From positions 442 to 64,441 of the forward strand of contig NZ_DBGCTQ010000092.1 of the NCBI RefSeq assembly GCF_048388525.1: DNA of 64,000 nucleotides, in the 5' to 3' direction. Below, one piece after another: positions 37,358 to 45,620 of this stretch; position 1 is the stretch's first letter; each line of letters starts with the position of its first letter. This stretch comes from Allofournierella sp. (lineage in GTDB: Bacteria; Bacillota; Clostridia; Oscillospirales; Ruminococcaceae). A program made the translations under genes and the position numbers. The notes under the pieces were generated by a model. It was not told the DNA's origin, searched no databases, and was given only the letters and a program-made list of their open reading frames with translations.

Positions 37358-37378
37358 GTTTTATGGAGAGAAACGCGT

Positions 37379-39025
37379 ATGGAACAAACCGTGTTTGAGG
37401 GCGCGATCAGCGCCCGGGAGGAGTTTTTTTACCCGGACACCGCCCGCGGCCCGCTGCCGGCCGGGCTGCGGCTGGCCATGCCCCTGAACGGCCGGCCGGG
37501 GGTGCAGCTTTTGCTGGCGGCCGGCAAGATAGCGGTGAAAGCCGCGCTGGAAAGCGACAGCTTTACGCCGGAGTTTTTTGCGATGAAGGCCGTTCCCGTG
37601 GAGTATAACACCGGCGACGGCATCCAGCAGGGGGGCGCCATGGTGCTGGCCGAACGCCCCGGCGAAAAACCGGCCTATGCCACCCGGCTGGCGCCTTTTT
37701 GGGTGTACGACTGCCTGAAACCCGCGCCAACGGGGGAGATCGAGCCTGAAAACGGGCTTGCGGCGCTGTATGTTTGCCTGTGCCCCAAGCCGGGGCTTGC
37801 GGCGGGGGAACACACGGCGGTGCTGCGCTTTGGGGAATACCGGTGCACCCTGCGCGTGCGGGTGTACGGGACGGCGATCCCGCAGGACGCGTTCCCCGTG
37901 ACCAACTGGTTCAGCCAGGAGGCGATCTGCCGCTTCCACGGGGTGGAAAAGGGCACCCCGGCCTTTTACGACATGGTGCGGCGGTACGCCCGGGCCATGC
38001 GGCGGATGCACCAAACCATGTTTTACATTGAGCTGGACGACGCCTGCGTTGCCGCACGGGAGCCGTACCGATTCGACTTTGAGTACCTGTGCCCCATGAT
38101 CGAGAGCTTTTTTGCCGAGGGGATGCAGCGCATGGAGCTGGGAACCCTGTTGAGCCGCGGCTTTTTGCCGGGCGGCGCGCCGGACATGTACACCGACTCG
38201 TTCAAATGCGCCATGGCGCCCGAGCTGCCCATCGACAGCCCCGAGGGGTATGTGGTGACTGTGCGGTTCGTGCAGGCGCTGGCGGAGTTTTTGACCCGGC
38301 ACGGCTGGCAGGACAAGGTGCTCTTTCACATCCACGACGAGCCGGACATCCACTTTAAGGATCAGCATACCCTGAACGCCCGCAAGCGGCAGTATTATCT
38401 TGCGGCAGGCATTCTGCGCAAGTATCTGCCCGGGGTGCGGGTGATCGAAGCGGTGGGCTCGGCCGAATTCCGGGGCGGCGTGGACATCTGGGTGCCGGGC
38501 ACCCCCGGCTACGAGGAGAACCAGGCCGCCTTCGACGGGCTGGCCGCGCTGGGCGAGGAGGTCTGGGGGTATGTGTGCTGCGGGCCCGAGGGGAACTGGC
38601 TGAACCGCTTTTTGGATTTTGCGCTGCTTAAGGGGCGGCTGCTGTTCTGGGGCTGCGCGGCGAACCGCCTGGGGGGCTTTCTGCACTGGGGCTTCAACCA
38701 GTTCGCCCCGGGCATGGACCCTTTCCGGGCCACCAGCTGCCCAAACCCCACGGGAATCGGCACGAATTTTCCGTGCGGGGATGCCTTTGTGGTGTATCCG
38801 GGCACGGACGGACCCTGGCCGGGCATGCGCATGGAGGCGGCCCGGCGGGGCGCAGAGGACGCAGCCCTGCTGGCGCTGCTGCGCGGGCGGGACCCGGCGG
38901 CGCACGACGCGCTGGCAGCCCGGGTGTTTGTAAACAACCACCAATACAACGACGACCCGGCGGTGTTTGAGCGGGTGTACGAGGAGCTGCTGCGGGCGCT
39001 GGAAAAGCAGGAGGCAAGGGCATGA
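37379..39025 (+). CDS. DUF4091-type glycoside-hydrolase-like protein
   Basis: ATG at 37379. ...VLFHIHDEPDIHF..., ...GGFLHWGFNQF... and ...GDAFVVYPG... recall DUF4091/GH123-like proteins. The family assignment is from memory. Confidence 0.65.
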   Translation: MEQTVFEGAISAREEFFYPDTARGPLPAGLRLAMPLNGRPGVQLLLAAGKIAVKAALESDSFTPEFFAMKAVPVEYNTGDGIQQGGAMVLAERPGEKPAYATRLAPFWVYDCLKPAPTGEIEPENGLAALYVCLCPKPGLAAGEHTAVLRFGEYRCTLRVRVYGTAIPQDAFPVTNWFSQEAICRFHGVEKGTPAFYDMVRRYARAMRRMHQTMFYIELDDACVAAREPYRFDFEYLCPMIESFFAEGMQRMELGTLLSRGFLPGGAPDMYTDSFKCAMAPELPIDSPEGYVVTVRFVQALAEFLTRHGWQDKVLFHIHDEPDIHFKDQHTLNARKRQYYLAAGILRKYLPGVRVIEAVGSAEFRGGVDIWVPGTPGYEENQAAFDGLAALGEEVWGYVCCGPEGNWLNRFLDFALLKGRLLFWGCAANRLGGFLHWGFNQFAPGMDPFRATSCPNPTGIGTNFPCGDAFVVYPGTDGPWPGMRMEAARRGAEDAALLALLRGRDPAAHDALAARVFVNNHQYNDDPAVFERVYEELLRALEKQEARA

Positions 39026-40257
39026 AGCAGGTAACGGCGGTGCTGGTCGGCGCGGGGGCGCGGGGGCAGATCTATGCCGAATATGCCCGGCAGCACCCGG
39101 AGGAGCTCAGGATCGTGGCGGTGGCCGAGCCGCGGCAGGACCGGCGGGAGCTGGCGTGCCGGGCGCACGGTGTTGGGCCGGAGCACAGCTTTTCCAGCTG
39201 GGAGCCCCTGCTGGAAAAGCCCCGCATGGCGGACGCGGCGCTGATCTGCACCCTGGACGGGCTGCACACCGCCCCGGCCCTGGCGGCGCTGGAAAAGGGC
39301 TACCACGTTTTGCTGGAAAAGCCCATGAGCAATTCTGAGGCGGAGTGCAGGGCCATTGCCGCCGCAGCCGAGCGGGCAAACCGGGTGCTGTGCGTGTGCC
39401 ATGTGCTGCGCTATACCCCGTTTTATGCCGCACTGAAACGCCTGGTGGACGAAGGGGCGGTGGGCGAGGTGGCGGCCCTGGCGCAGATCGAGAACGTGGG
39501 GTATTGGCACCACGCCCACAGCTTTGTGCGGGGCAACTGGCGCAGCGGGGCGGTCTCGCCCATGATCCTGCAAAAGAGCTGCCACGACATGGACATTCTG
39601 CTGTGGCTGGTGGGGCGGCGCTGTGAGCGGGTGGCGAGCTTTGGCAGCCTGCGGCACTTCGACGCGGCCCACGCCCCCAAGGGCGCGCCCGCCCGCTGCC
39701 TGGACGGCTGCCCGGCCAGCGGCAGCTGCCCTTATTACGCGCCGCGCATCTATTTGACCGAAAACGTGGGCTGGCCCACGGACATGCTCACCACCGACCT
39801 GAGCTGCGAGGGCAGGGAAAAGGCGCTGCGGGAGGGGCCGTACGGCCGGTGTGTGTACCGGTGCGACAACGACGTGGTGGACCGGCAGGTGGTGAACCTG
39901 GAGTTTGAGGGCGGGGCCGTGGCCAGTTTTGCCATGACCGCGTTTACCACGGACATGGCCCGCCAGCTGAAAATCACGGGCACCGGGGGGCAGATCACGG
40001 CGGACATGAACACCGGGCGGGTCAGCCTGCACCGCTTTGGGCAGGCGGAGCCACAGGTGATCCCTGTGGAAGCGCCGCCCGAGACCAACAATTACGGCCA
40101 TGGCGGCGGCGATTATTACCTGATGCGGGATTTTGTGCGGGCCGTGCGGCAGGGGGGAGCGCAGACGCTTTCTTCGGCGCAGGCCTCGCTGCAGGGGCAC
40201 CTGATCTGTTTTGCAGCCGAGCGCTCACGCCGGCAGCACACTGTGGAGGAATTGTAA
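39022..40257 (+). CDS. Gfo/Idh/MocA-family NAD(P)-dependent oxidoreductase
   Basis: Rossmann motif VLVGAGARGQIYAEY and family motif HVLLEKPMS. ATGA overlap with the upstream stop. 411 aa. Confidence 0.85.
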   Translation: MKQVTAVLVGAGARGQIYAEYARQHPEELRIVAVAEPRQDRRELACRAHGVGPEHSFSSWEPLLEKPRMADAALICTLDGLHTAPALAALEKGYHVLLEKPMSNSEAECRAIAAAAERANRVLCVCHVLRYTPFYAALKRLVDEGAVGEVAALAQIENVGYWHHAHSFVRGNWRSGAVSPMILQKSCHDMDILLWLVGRRCERVASFGSLRHFDAAHAPKGAPARCLDGCPASGSCPYYAPRIYLTENVGWPTDMLTTDLSCEGREKALREGPYGRCVYRCDNDVVDRQVVNLEFEGGAVASFAMTAFTTDMARQLKITGTGGQITADMNTGRVSLHRFGQAEPQVIPVEAPPETNNYGHGGGDYYLMRDFVRAVRQGGAQTLSSAQASLQGHLICFAAERSRRQHTVEEL

Positions 40258-40372
40258 AAGTGCGCAGAGACCTGACAGGAAAGAAAAGGCGGGAGGCTGG
40301 CGCCGCGGTTTGCAGAGCGCGGCGGCCGCCGGAGCGCCGCAGGAAGCTGTGGGAAAGGGGGAATGAGGCCTG

Positions 40373-41905
40373 ATGAAGCGTATCATGCGCCCTGCGGCGC
40401 AGACAAGCGCCGGGCCGACGGTGGAGTTTCTGCCGGGAGAGGTTTGGTTTGGCGGCGCGGTGACCGACGGTATTTGCCAGCCTTATACCGCGCAGAGCTG
40501 CCGTACCCTGGAGCTGCGCTGCAACCGCACACCGAACCAGGCCATGCCGCTGCTGGTCTCGACCAAAGGGCGGTGGCTGTGGAACGGCGCTGGGATGCTG
40601 GTGCGGATGGGCAGCGGATGCATTTGGTGCAGCGCCGGCACCCTGGCGGGGCAGGAGCAGGGGGGCCTGCGCGGGGCGTACCTTGGCGCAATGCGGCGGT
40701 TTTTCCCCTTTTGCGGGGCGGGTCCCTCGGAAAAGCTGAGGGAGGCCCCGGTATACAACACCTGGATCGAACTGACCTTTCACCAGACCCAGCAGGCGGT
40801 GCTGCGGTATGCCGGGGACATTCTGGCCCACGGCCTGCCCGCCGGGGTGCTGATGATCGACGACGGCTGGAGCGACTATTATGGAAAATGGAGCTTTTCC
40901 GCCGAAAGGTTCCCCAGCCCCGGCGCCCTGCTGGCCGAGCTGCGGCGGCTGGGGTTTGCGGTGATGCTGTGGGTATGCCCGTTTATCACGCCGGACACCC
41001 TGGAATACCGGGAGCTGGAGCAGAAGGGGCTGCTGGTAAAAAACGGCCAGGGCGAGGTACACATCGCCCACTGGTGGAACGGCTGGTCGGCCATTTTGGA
41101 TATGACCCGCCCCCAGGCATGCGCCTGGCTGAAAGAGCGGCTGGACGCCCTTGCGGCCCTGGGTGTGGAGGGCTTCAAGTTTGACGGGGGCGACAGCCTG
41201 TACTACCCCGAGGGCGGCGAGGAGAGCCCCGACGCGCACTCGCGGGCCTGGGCGCGCTTTGGAGAACAATATGCCCTGAACGAATTCCGGGTGACCGCCG
41301 GCGCGGGGGGGCGGCCGCTTTTGCAGCGGCTGTGCGACAAGGACCACAGCTGGGGCGAAACCGGGCTTGCGGCGCTGGTGCCCGATGCGCTGGTGCAGGG
41401 CCTTACCGGGCACCCGTTCCTGTGCCCGGACATGATCGGCGGAGGGGAGTACCGGAATTTTTACGGCCAGGGCGCATTGGACGGGGAGCTGTTCGTGCGG
41501 TGGGCCGAAGCGGCCTGCCTGATGCCGGTGATGCAGTTTTCGGCCGCGCCCTGGCGGGTGTTGGGGAAGCGGGACTTTGCGGCAGTGCTGCGCGCCGTGG
41601 AGACCCGCGCCCGCTTTTTGCCCGCGCTGCGCACGGCGTGGGAGCACTGTGCCCGCACAGGCGAACCCATCCTGCGGCCTATGGCGTACGAATTTCCCAA
41701 TGAGCCGTGCGATGCGGTCACGGACCAGTTCATGCTGGGGGAAGAGCTGCTGGTGGCGCCTCTGCTGCGCAAGGGCGCGGAGGAGAGAACGGTGTATCTT
41801 CCCAAGGGCGTGTGGAAGCAAAACGCGCAAAGTATTGCGAGCGGCGGCGCATGGCAGGTTTTTGATGCACAGCAGGGCCCGCTGGTGTTCGAGCGGGGAA
41901 ATTGA
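40373..41905 (+). CDS. clan GH-D glycosidase (GH31-like, lacking the usual N-terminal domain)
   Basis: GVLMIDDGWSDYYGKWSF, MLWVCPFITPDT, GVEGFKFDGGDS and DMIGGGEY fit a (beta/alpha)8 GH31/GH36-type catalytic core. Confidence 0.65.
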   Translation: MKRIMRPAAQTSAGPTVEFLPGEVWFGGAVTDGICQPYTAQSCRTLELRCNRTPNQAMPLLVSTKGRWLWNGAGMLVRMGSGCIWCSAGTLAGQEQGGLRGAYLGAMRRFFPFCGAGPSEKLREAPVYNTWIELTFHQTQQAVLRYAGDILAHGLPAGVLMIDDGWSDYYGKWSFSAERFPSPGALLAELRRLGFAVMLWVCPFITPDTLEYRELEQKGLLVKNGQGEVHIAHWWNGWSAILDMTRPQACAWLKERLDALAALGVEGFKFDGGDSLYYPEGGEESPDAHSRAWARFGEQYALNEFRVTAGAGGRPLLQRLCDKDHSWGETGLAALVPDALVQGLTGHPFLCPDMIGGGEYRNFYGQGALDGELFVRWAEAACLMPVMQFSAAPWRVLGKRDFAAVLRAVETRARFLPALRTAWEHCARTGEPILRPMAYEFPNEPCDAVTDQFMLGEELLVAPLLRKGAEERTVYLPKGVWKQNAQSIASGGAWQVFDAQQGPLVFERGN

Positions 41906-41931
41906 GCCGGAAGAAAAAATGAAAAATAAGT

Positions 41932-41981
41932 GGGCAGGGGCCCGCCGCTCGCTTAAAAAACAGCGCGGCGGGCCCCTGCCC
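41932..41981 (+). terminator. GC-rich terminator closing the sugar locus; left edge of the AT-rich island
   Basis: GGGCAGGGGCCCGCCGC, 16-nt loop, GCGGCGGGCCCCTGCCC (17-bp perfect stem), then TTATTT. Confidence 0.6.
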
Positions 41982-42182
41982 TTATTTGAGAAGCATACGG
42001 CCTTTTACCGCTGCTTTTCCGCTGGGTCTATTAAAAATTCGGGAAATTATTTCAGCTATTACTGCCCAGGAATAATTGAAGCGAATTTTTATCCTCAAAA
42101 ATGAATGTAAAATGGACTTGCAATAAAGGGGCGACACTTAGATGTCTTATTTTTGAACGCGAATCCAGCCCTCTATTGACTC

Positions 42183-45119
42183 TTACAGAGCTTTTGTGAA
42201 ACCACAGTCTGGGAAAGAGATGCAACCATAAAAATCCCCGTTCACGCCTCCCCTTTTTACCAGTAGACCCTTGCAGAATTCGCATCTCATTGCCGGATCA
42301 TCGACCATCTTAATTTTCTTATAATAATTCAGATCAAGCAGTTCGGAAACCTCTTTCTGCATCTTTTTACTTACCATACGCTGCATTTGTTCCGTTGTGG
42401 ATCTGTGACTCAACAAATTTAGGCTGCCTTGCCAAACCAGAGTGTCATCAATCAGTATTACCTTTTCGTGCATGTTTTTGCGAATCCGTACGATGACTCC
42501 GTCCCTTCGCAAATTATCGATCAAGGCTCGGGCTTTCTTTTGATAAAGCCTTACGTGTTCGCTTACCGACCGAGTATATACGACCACCTCTCCGCCTGCT
42601 TCGATGATTCCCTTAAATACAGGCAGTAAAACTTCAATCCGGCCTTCTCGGACAAAGGGACAGAAAATGATCACTCGTTTACTGGCATTTTTTAAATCCG
42701 GAATCATTTTGGCCCAGAAGCTATTTTGATTATATTGACCCAGTTCTTCAACTGGTACTCCTTTACTCAACCGCTTGATTTCGTTTTCTTCATCTGTAGT
42801 TTGGAAACCAATTCCCAATTCGGAAACGGATAAGGTTGCTCCATGTTGATGCAGAATATCCAGAAAATCCTTGAAAATATGCCCTTTGAAATTCTGTTGT
42901 ACGAATTTCACATTTGCCAATAAAATGAACTTGGATTTTGCCCGTGTGACCGCGACATTCAACATGAGCGGAGCGCTCTGGTTTTTTCTGCTACCTTCGT
43001 CAAAAAAGAACCATTTTGCATCCGTGCCTTCGCTCTCTACAGAATCGCAGATGATAACATCTTTTTCGCCACCCTGAAAACTATGTACCGTATTTACTTC
43101 GATTCGTTTTCTTTCCGGGCTGTTTTTCCCCAAAGATTCATCTAAAATATCACTGATTAATTCCTTTTGTGGACGATACGGAACGACTATTCCAACTGTG
43201 ATTTCTTTCCTGTCCTGTGTTTCGTTCGCTAAATAGTTCTGCGCCATGGCCGCTGCCAGTGCTGCATGATACAAATTGCACCGACTTTGCCCATTAGGCC
43301 CTCGATTCATCCAGGGAGCGCCCTCTGAAGTATCCACCAAAATCAACGGCTGATCCTGCACCCAACGATCGGATAAAACCCTGGTCTTCGTATTGTCCCC
43401 GCTTTGTAAAATACCTCCATAAAACAATTTGTTGGGGATCGAAGCAATGGCAGGGTTCATACGGTATTGAATGCTCAACGGTTTCACGAATTCGCTGCTT
43501 CTGGCCTTGCCGACCGAGTTCATTCCAATAATGTCGAAAAAACTTCTATTCTGCCAATTTTTCAGCAATTCAGTTTTACTTTGTGTGCCGATTGGAGGAA
43601 GCTGTAAGAAATCCCCAATGAAGGTGCAGGATGAACTGATCAGGCCCATTGCGAAAAACATAGGCAGTAATGGAGCCATACTGACCTCGTCGATGAACAA
43701 CACGTCATATTGTTGTGCCTGCAAATCGGTAGACATATACGTCATCGACAGCGTAGCGCCGATTACCACTGCCTCTTCGATCACCTGCTTGCGCACAACA
43801 GCGATCCGTCGCTCCAACTCCCTGATTTGTTGTTCAATCGCATCTGCTTTCTTGGACAGCTCTCCGATTTCTTTTTCTAAGACTGACTCAGTAAGCCCGA
43901 CAATCGTGAGTGCAGACTCGATTTTCAATGCTTCGGATTGTATAACTTTCTCCAAATCGGCAATTTCCAAAGAAAGGGCAGTTTGTTTGCTTTGCAGCAA
44001 TTTGATAGCATTTCGCCTTTCTTCACAGGAGTTTTCCACTTTATAAATCTTTTGCCTTGCTAATAAAATTTTCTTCTTTGTACGCCCGGTTTGAAACATT
44101 TTGGTTTCCAGCCGGGATAGTTCCGCTTTCAAAGATTGTAACGTCGTTTCATCCTGCCCAATCTCTGCCATATATTGCGTGAGTTCTTTCTTCTGCTGAT
44201 TGTATATTGCTTTTTTCTCTGATAAATCACCCTGCTTTTGCCGGTAGCCATCCCGCATAGATTGTATTTTCAAAAAATCGGAGAGCTTGTCCTGCATCGG
44301 CAGCAATTTTGTTTCAAGACCTTCTATTTGAACGCTAAGCTCCTCCGATCTTACCCGAACAATCTCATCCAAGGACAGCATTGGATACTTATCCAGTTGT
44401 GAAACGCCCATTCGAACCAAATGGCCTTCTGTATAAACAGGCTCATTATGGAGAAGATCTGCCAGTTCTTCCATTGCACCATCCACCGCAGTATTTGCGT
44501 GAGAAAGGAGCAGGACGCGACGCCCCCGCTTTATTTGTTCATTGATCGCTATCGCTATTGTGTGTGTTTTTCCCGTGCCCGGAGGCCCCCAAATGATGGC
44601 GTCACCCTGAAATGAACGCACTACAGCGGCTTTCTGGTATTCGTTTATCCGACTATATTCTGCTAAGTCCGGTAAAGATTTAGTCCCGGTCTGCAACTGA
44701 CCATTAAACAGTCGTGCCGCGATCGTATACCGCTGATCGGCGTTATGCAGGTTCTCCTGAAAACATTGCAGAAGTTTCTTAGGGAGAGCGGTACGGTCGA
44801 GAAAGAGTTTTATTTCTTGGCTCAAAGATAGAGTGTGAAATGTTTTTAAAAGAATTCGGCAGTTGTCAGATGAGATATACTCACAATCAAATTGGGCAGA
44901 ACTCGTTATTATTTTGTACACAACATTGTCCTGAGGGAAAAATGGCTGCTCTGTGTCAAATTGGTAGGTGTTGTACCCATTTTTGCTTTCACAGAGTATA
45001 CCATTCATCAAGATAATATTGTTATCTTTTGATTGTTTCAGCTCCTCAAGCTCGACTTTTAAGACTTCAATAAATTCCTGAATATAGTCGTTGGGAGTTA
45101 TCGGACCTTTTTCTGTCAT
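42183..45119 (-). CDS. SF1 (Upf1/DNA2-like, AAA_11/AAA_12-type) helicase fused to a single-HKD PLD-family nuclease domain and a C-terminal topoisomerase-type zinc ribbon
   Basis: 978 aa. Helicase motifs: GPPGTGKT, FIDEVSM, GDFLQLPP, QYRM, VHSFQGGEKDVII, LNVAVTRAK. PLD motif: HEKVILIDDTLVWQGSLN (HxK-x4-D-x6-GSxN). Terminal ribbon: CEFC...YGCISFPDC. AAGGTG RBS. Confidence 0.85.
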   Translation of the reverse strand: MTEKGPITPNDYIQEFIEVLKVELEELKQSKDNNIILMNGILCESKNGYNTYQFDTEQPFFPQDNVVYKIITSSAQFDCEYISSDNCRILLKTFHTLSLSQEIKLFLDRTALPKKLLQCFQENLHNADQRYTIAARLFNGQLQTGTKSLPDLAEYSRINEYQKAAVVRSFQGDAIIWGPPGTGKTHTIAIAINEQIKRGRRVLLLSHANTAVDGAMEELADLLHNEPVYTEGHLVRMGVSQLDKYPMLSLDEIVRVRSEELSVQIEGLETKLLPMQDKLSDFLKIQSMRDGYRQKQGDLSEKKAIYNQQKKELTQYMAEIGQDETTLQSLKAELSRLETKMFQTGRTKKKILLARQKIYKVENSCEERRNAIKLLQSKQTALSLEIADLEKVIQSEALKIESALTIVGLTESVLEKEIGELSKKADAIEQQIRELERRIAVVRKQVIEEAVVIGATLSMTYMSTDLQAQQYDVLFIDEVSMAPLLPMFFAMGLISSSCTFIGDFLQLPPIGTQSKTELLKNWQNRSFFDIIGMNSVGKARSSEFVKPLSIQYRMNPAIASIPNKLFYGGILQSGDNTKTRVLSDRWVQDQPLILVDTSEGAPWMNRGPNGQSRCNLYHAALAAAMAQNYLANETQDRKEITVGIVVPYRPQKELISDILDESLGKNSPERKRIEVNTVHSFQGGEKDVIICDSVESEGTDAKWFFFDEGSRKNQSAPLMLNVAVTRAKSKFILLANVKFVQQNFKGHIFKDFLDILHQHGATLSVSELGIGFQTTDEENEIKRLSKGVPVEELGQYNQNSFWAKMIPDLKNASKRVIIFCPFVREGRIEVLLPVFKGIIEAGGEVVVYTRSVSEHVRLYQKKARALIDNLRRDGVIVRIRKNMHEKVILIDDTLVWQGSLNLLSHRSTTEQMQRMVSKKMQKEVSELLDLNYYKKIKMVDDPAMRCEFCKGLLVKRGGVNGDFYGCISFPDCGFTKAL

Positions 45120-45190
45120 GCTTGGTCACCTTTTGTCGTTTGAAATGATATCGAAAGCGCAGAAATTGAACTCTTTTAGTATATATTGTA

Positions 45191-45219
45191 ATTTTACCAA
45201 ATTTTAACTGAAATTTCAA
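45191..45219 (-). promoter_or_regulatory. sigma70-type promoter of the helicase-nuclease gene
   Basis: On the minus strand: TTGAAA (45214..45219), 17-nt spacer, TAAAAT (45191..45196), about 70 nt upstream of the ATG. Confidence 0.45.
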
Positions 45220-45303
45220 CCTGTATCCGGCAGGCTTCGGATAGCGATCTCTGCTAGGATCTGGATGTACGATCAACCTAACAAAAAGAGTTGATATAAA
45301 AAC

Positions 45304-45338
45304 AAAGAATCTGTTGTGTATCGTGCAACAGATTCTTT
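45304..45338 (-). terminator. second hairpin downstream of tRNA-Leu
   Basis: AAAGAATCTGTTG, 9-nt loop, CAACAGATTCTTT (13-bp stem). Followed on the minus strand by GTTTTTAT. Confidence 0.45.
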
Positions 45339-45432
45339 GATTTGGGGGAAGCGTTGACATAAAAGATATCTCTTGGAGAAAAAAGACAAACCTTCAAAAA
45401 TGGCTTAAATGCTAGGCCTATAGCATAGAAAA

Positions 45433-45482
45433 AGAGACCGAAATTTGGATATCTCACTTTTGAGTTCCAAATTTCGGTCTCT
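45433..45482 (-). terminator. terminator immediately after tRNA-Leu
   Basis: AGAGACCGAAATTTGGA, 16-nt loop, TCCAAATTTCGGTCTCT (17-bp perfect stem), flanked by A and T runs. Confidence 0.65.
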
Positions 45483-45489
45483 TTTCACA

Positions 45490-45576
45490 TGGTGCCGCTG
45501 GCCGGGGTCGAACCGGCACGATGTTGCCACCGGCAGATTTTGAGTCTGCTGCGTCTGCCAATTCCGCCACAGCGGC
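45490..45576 (-). tRNA. tRNA-Leu (anticodon CAA), class II with a long variable arm and encoded CCA
   Basis: Manual cloverleaf: acceptor GCCGCTG/CAGCGGC, anticodon stem GCAGA/TCTGC with loop CTCAAAA, variable arm CGGTGGCAACATCGT, T arm GCCGG-TTCGACC-CCGGC, then A-CCA. Confidence 0.9.
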
Positions 45577-45591
45577 GCGTGTAACGGTATT

Positions 45592-45620
45592 ATTATAATA
45601 TGGACGCCCGGCAAAATCAA
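45592..45620 (-). promoter_or_regulatory. sigma70-type promoter of tRNA-Leu
   Basis: On the minus strand: TTGATT, 17-nt spacer, TATAAT, ending about 15 nt upstream of the mature tRNA 5' end. Confidence 0.5.

Larger units (their letters stand above)
41982..45489. mobile_element. AT-rich single-gene island abutting the 3' end of tRNA-Leu(CAA)
   Basis: Composition and codon usage differ visibly from both GC-rich flanks. The island lies between a host terminator and the tRNA 3' end. No integrase or convincing att repeat was seen. Confidence 0.5.

Noticed and set aside
38509-41830. Two long minus-strand ORFs (38509..40200 and 40022..41830) across the oxidoreductase and GH31-like genes.
   Set aside because: They are antisense to genes with clear family motifs, and the predicted proteins are Arg/Pro/Gly-rich nonsense.
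41982-42182. Searched for an attL-like copy of the tRNA-Leu 3' segment at the distal end of the island.
   Set aside because: Only a 7-nt match (CCGCTGG) was seen by eye, which is too short to be meaningful. A computational repeat search is needed before claiming att sites.
45067-45360. 97-aa minus-strand ORF overlapping the helicase start and promoter; considered as a possible small partner gene.
   Set aside because: It overlaps the promoter, the RBS and the first codons of the large gene in another frame. It has no RBS and crosses the tRNA-Leu terminator hairpin.
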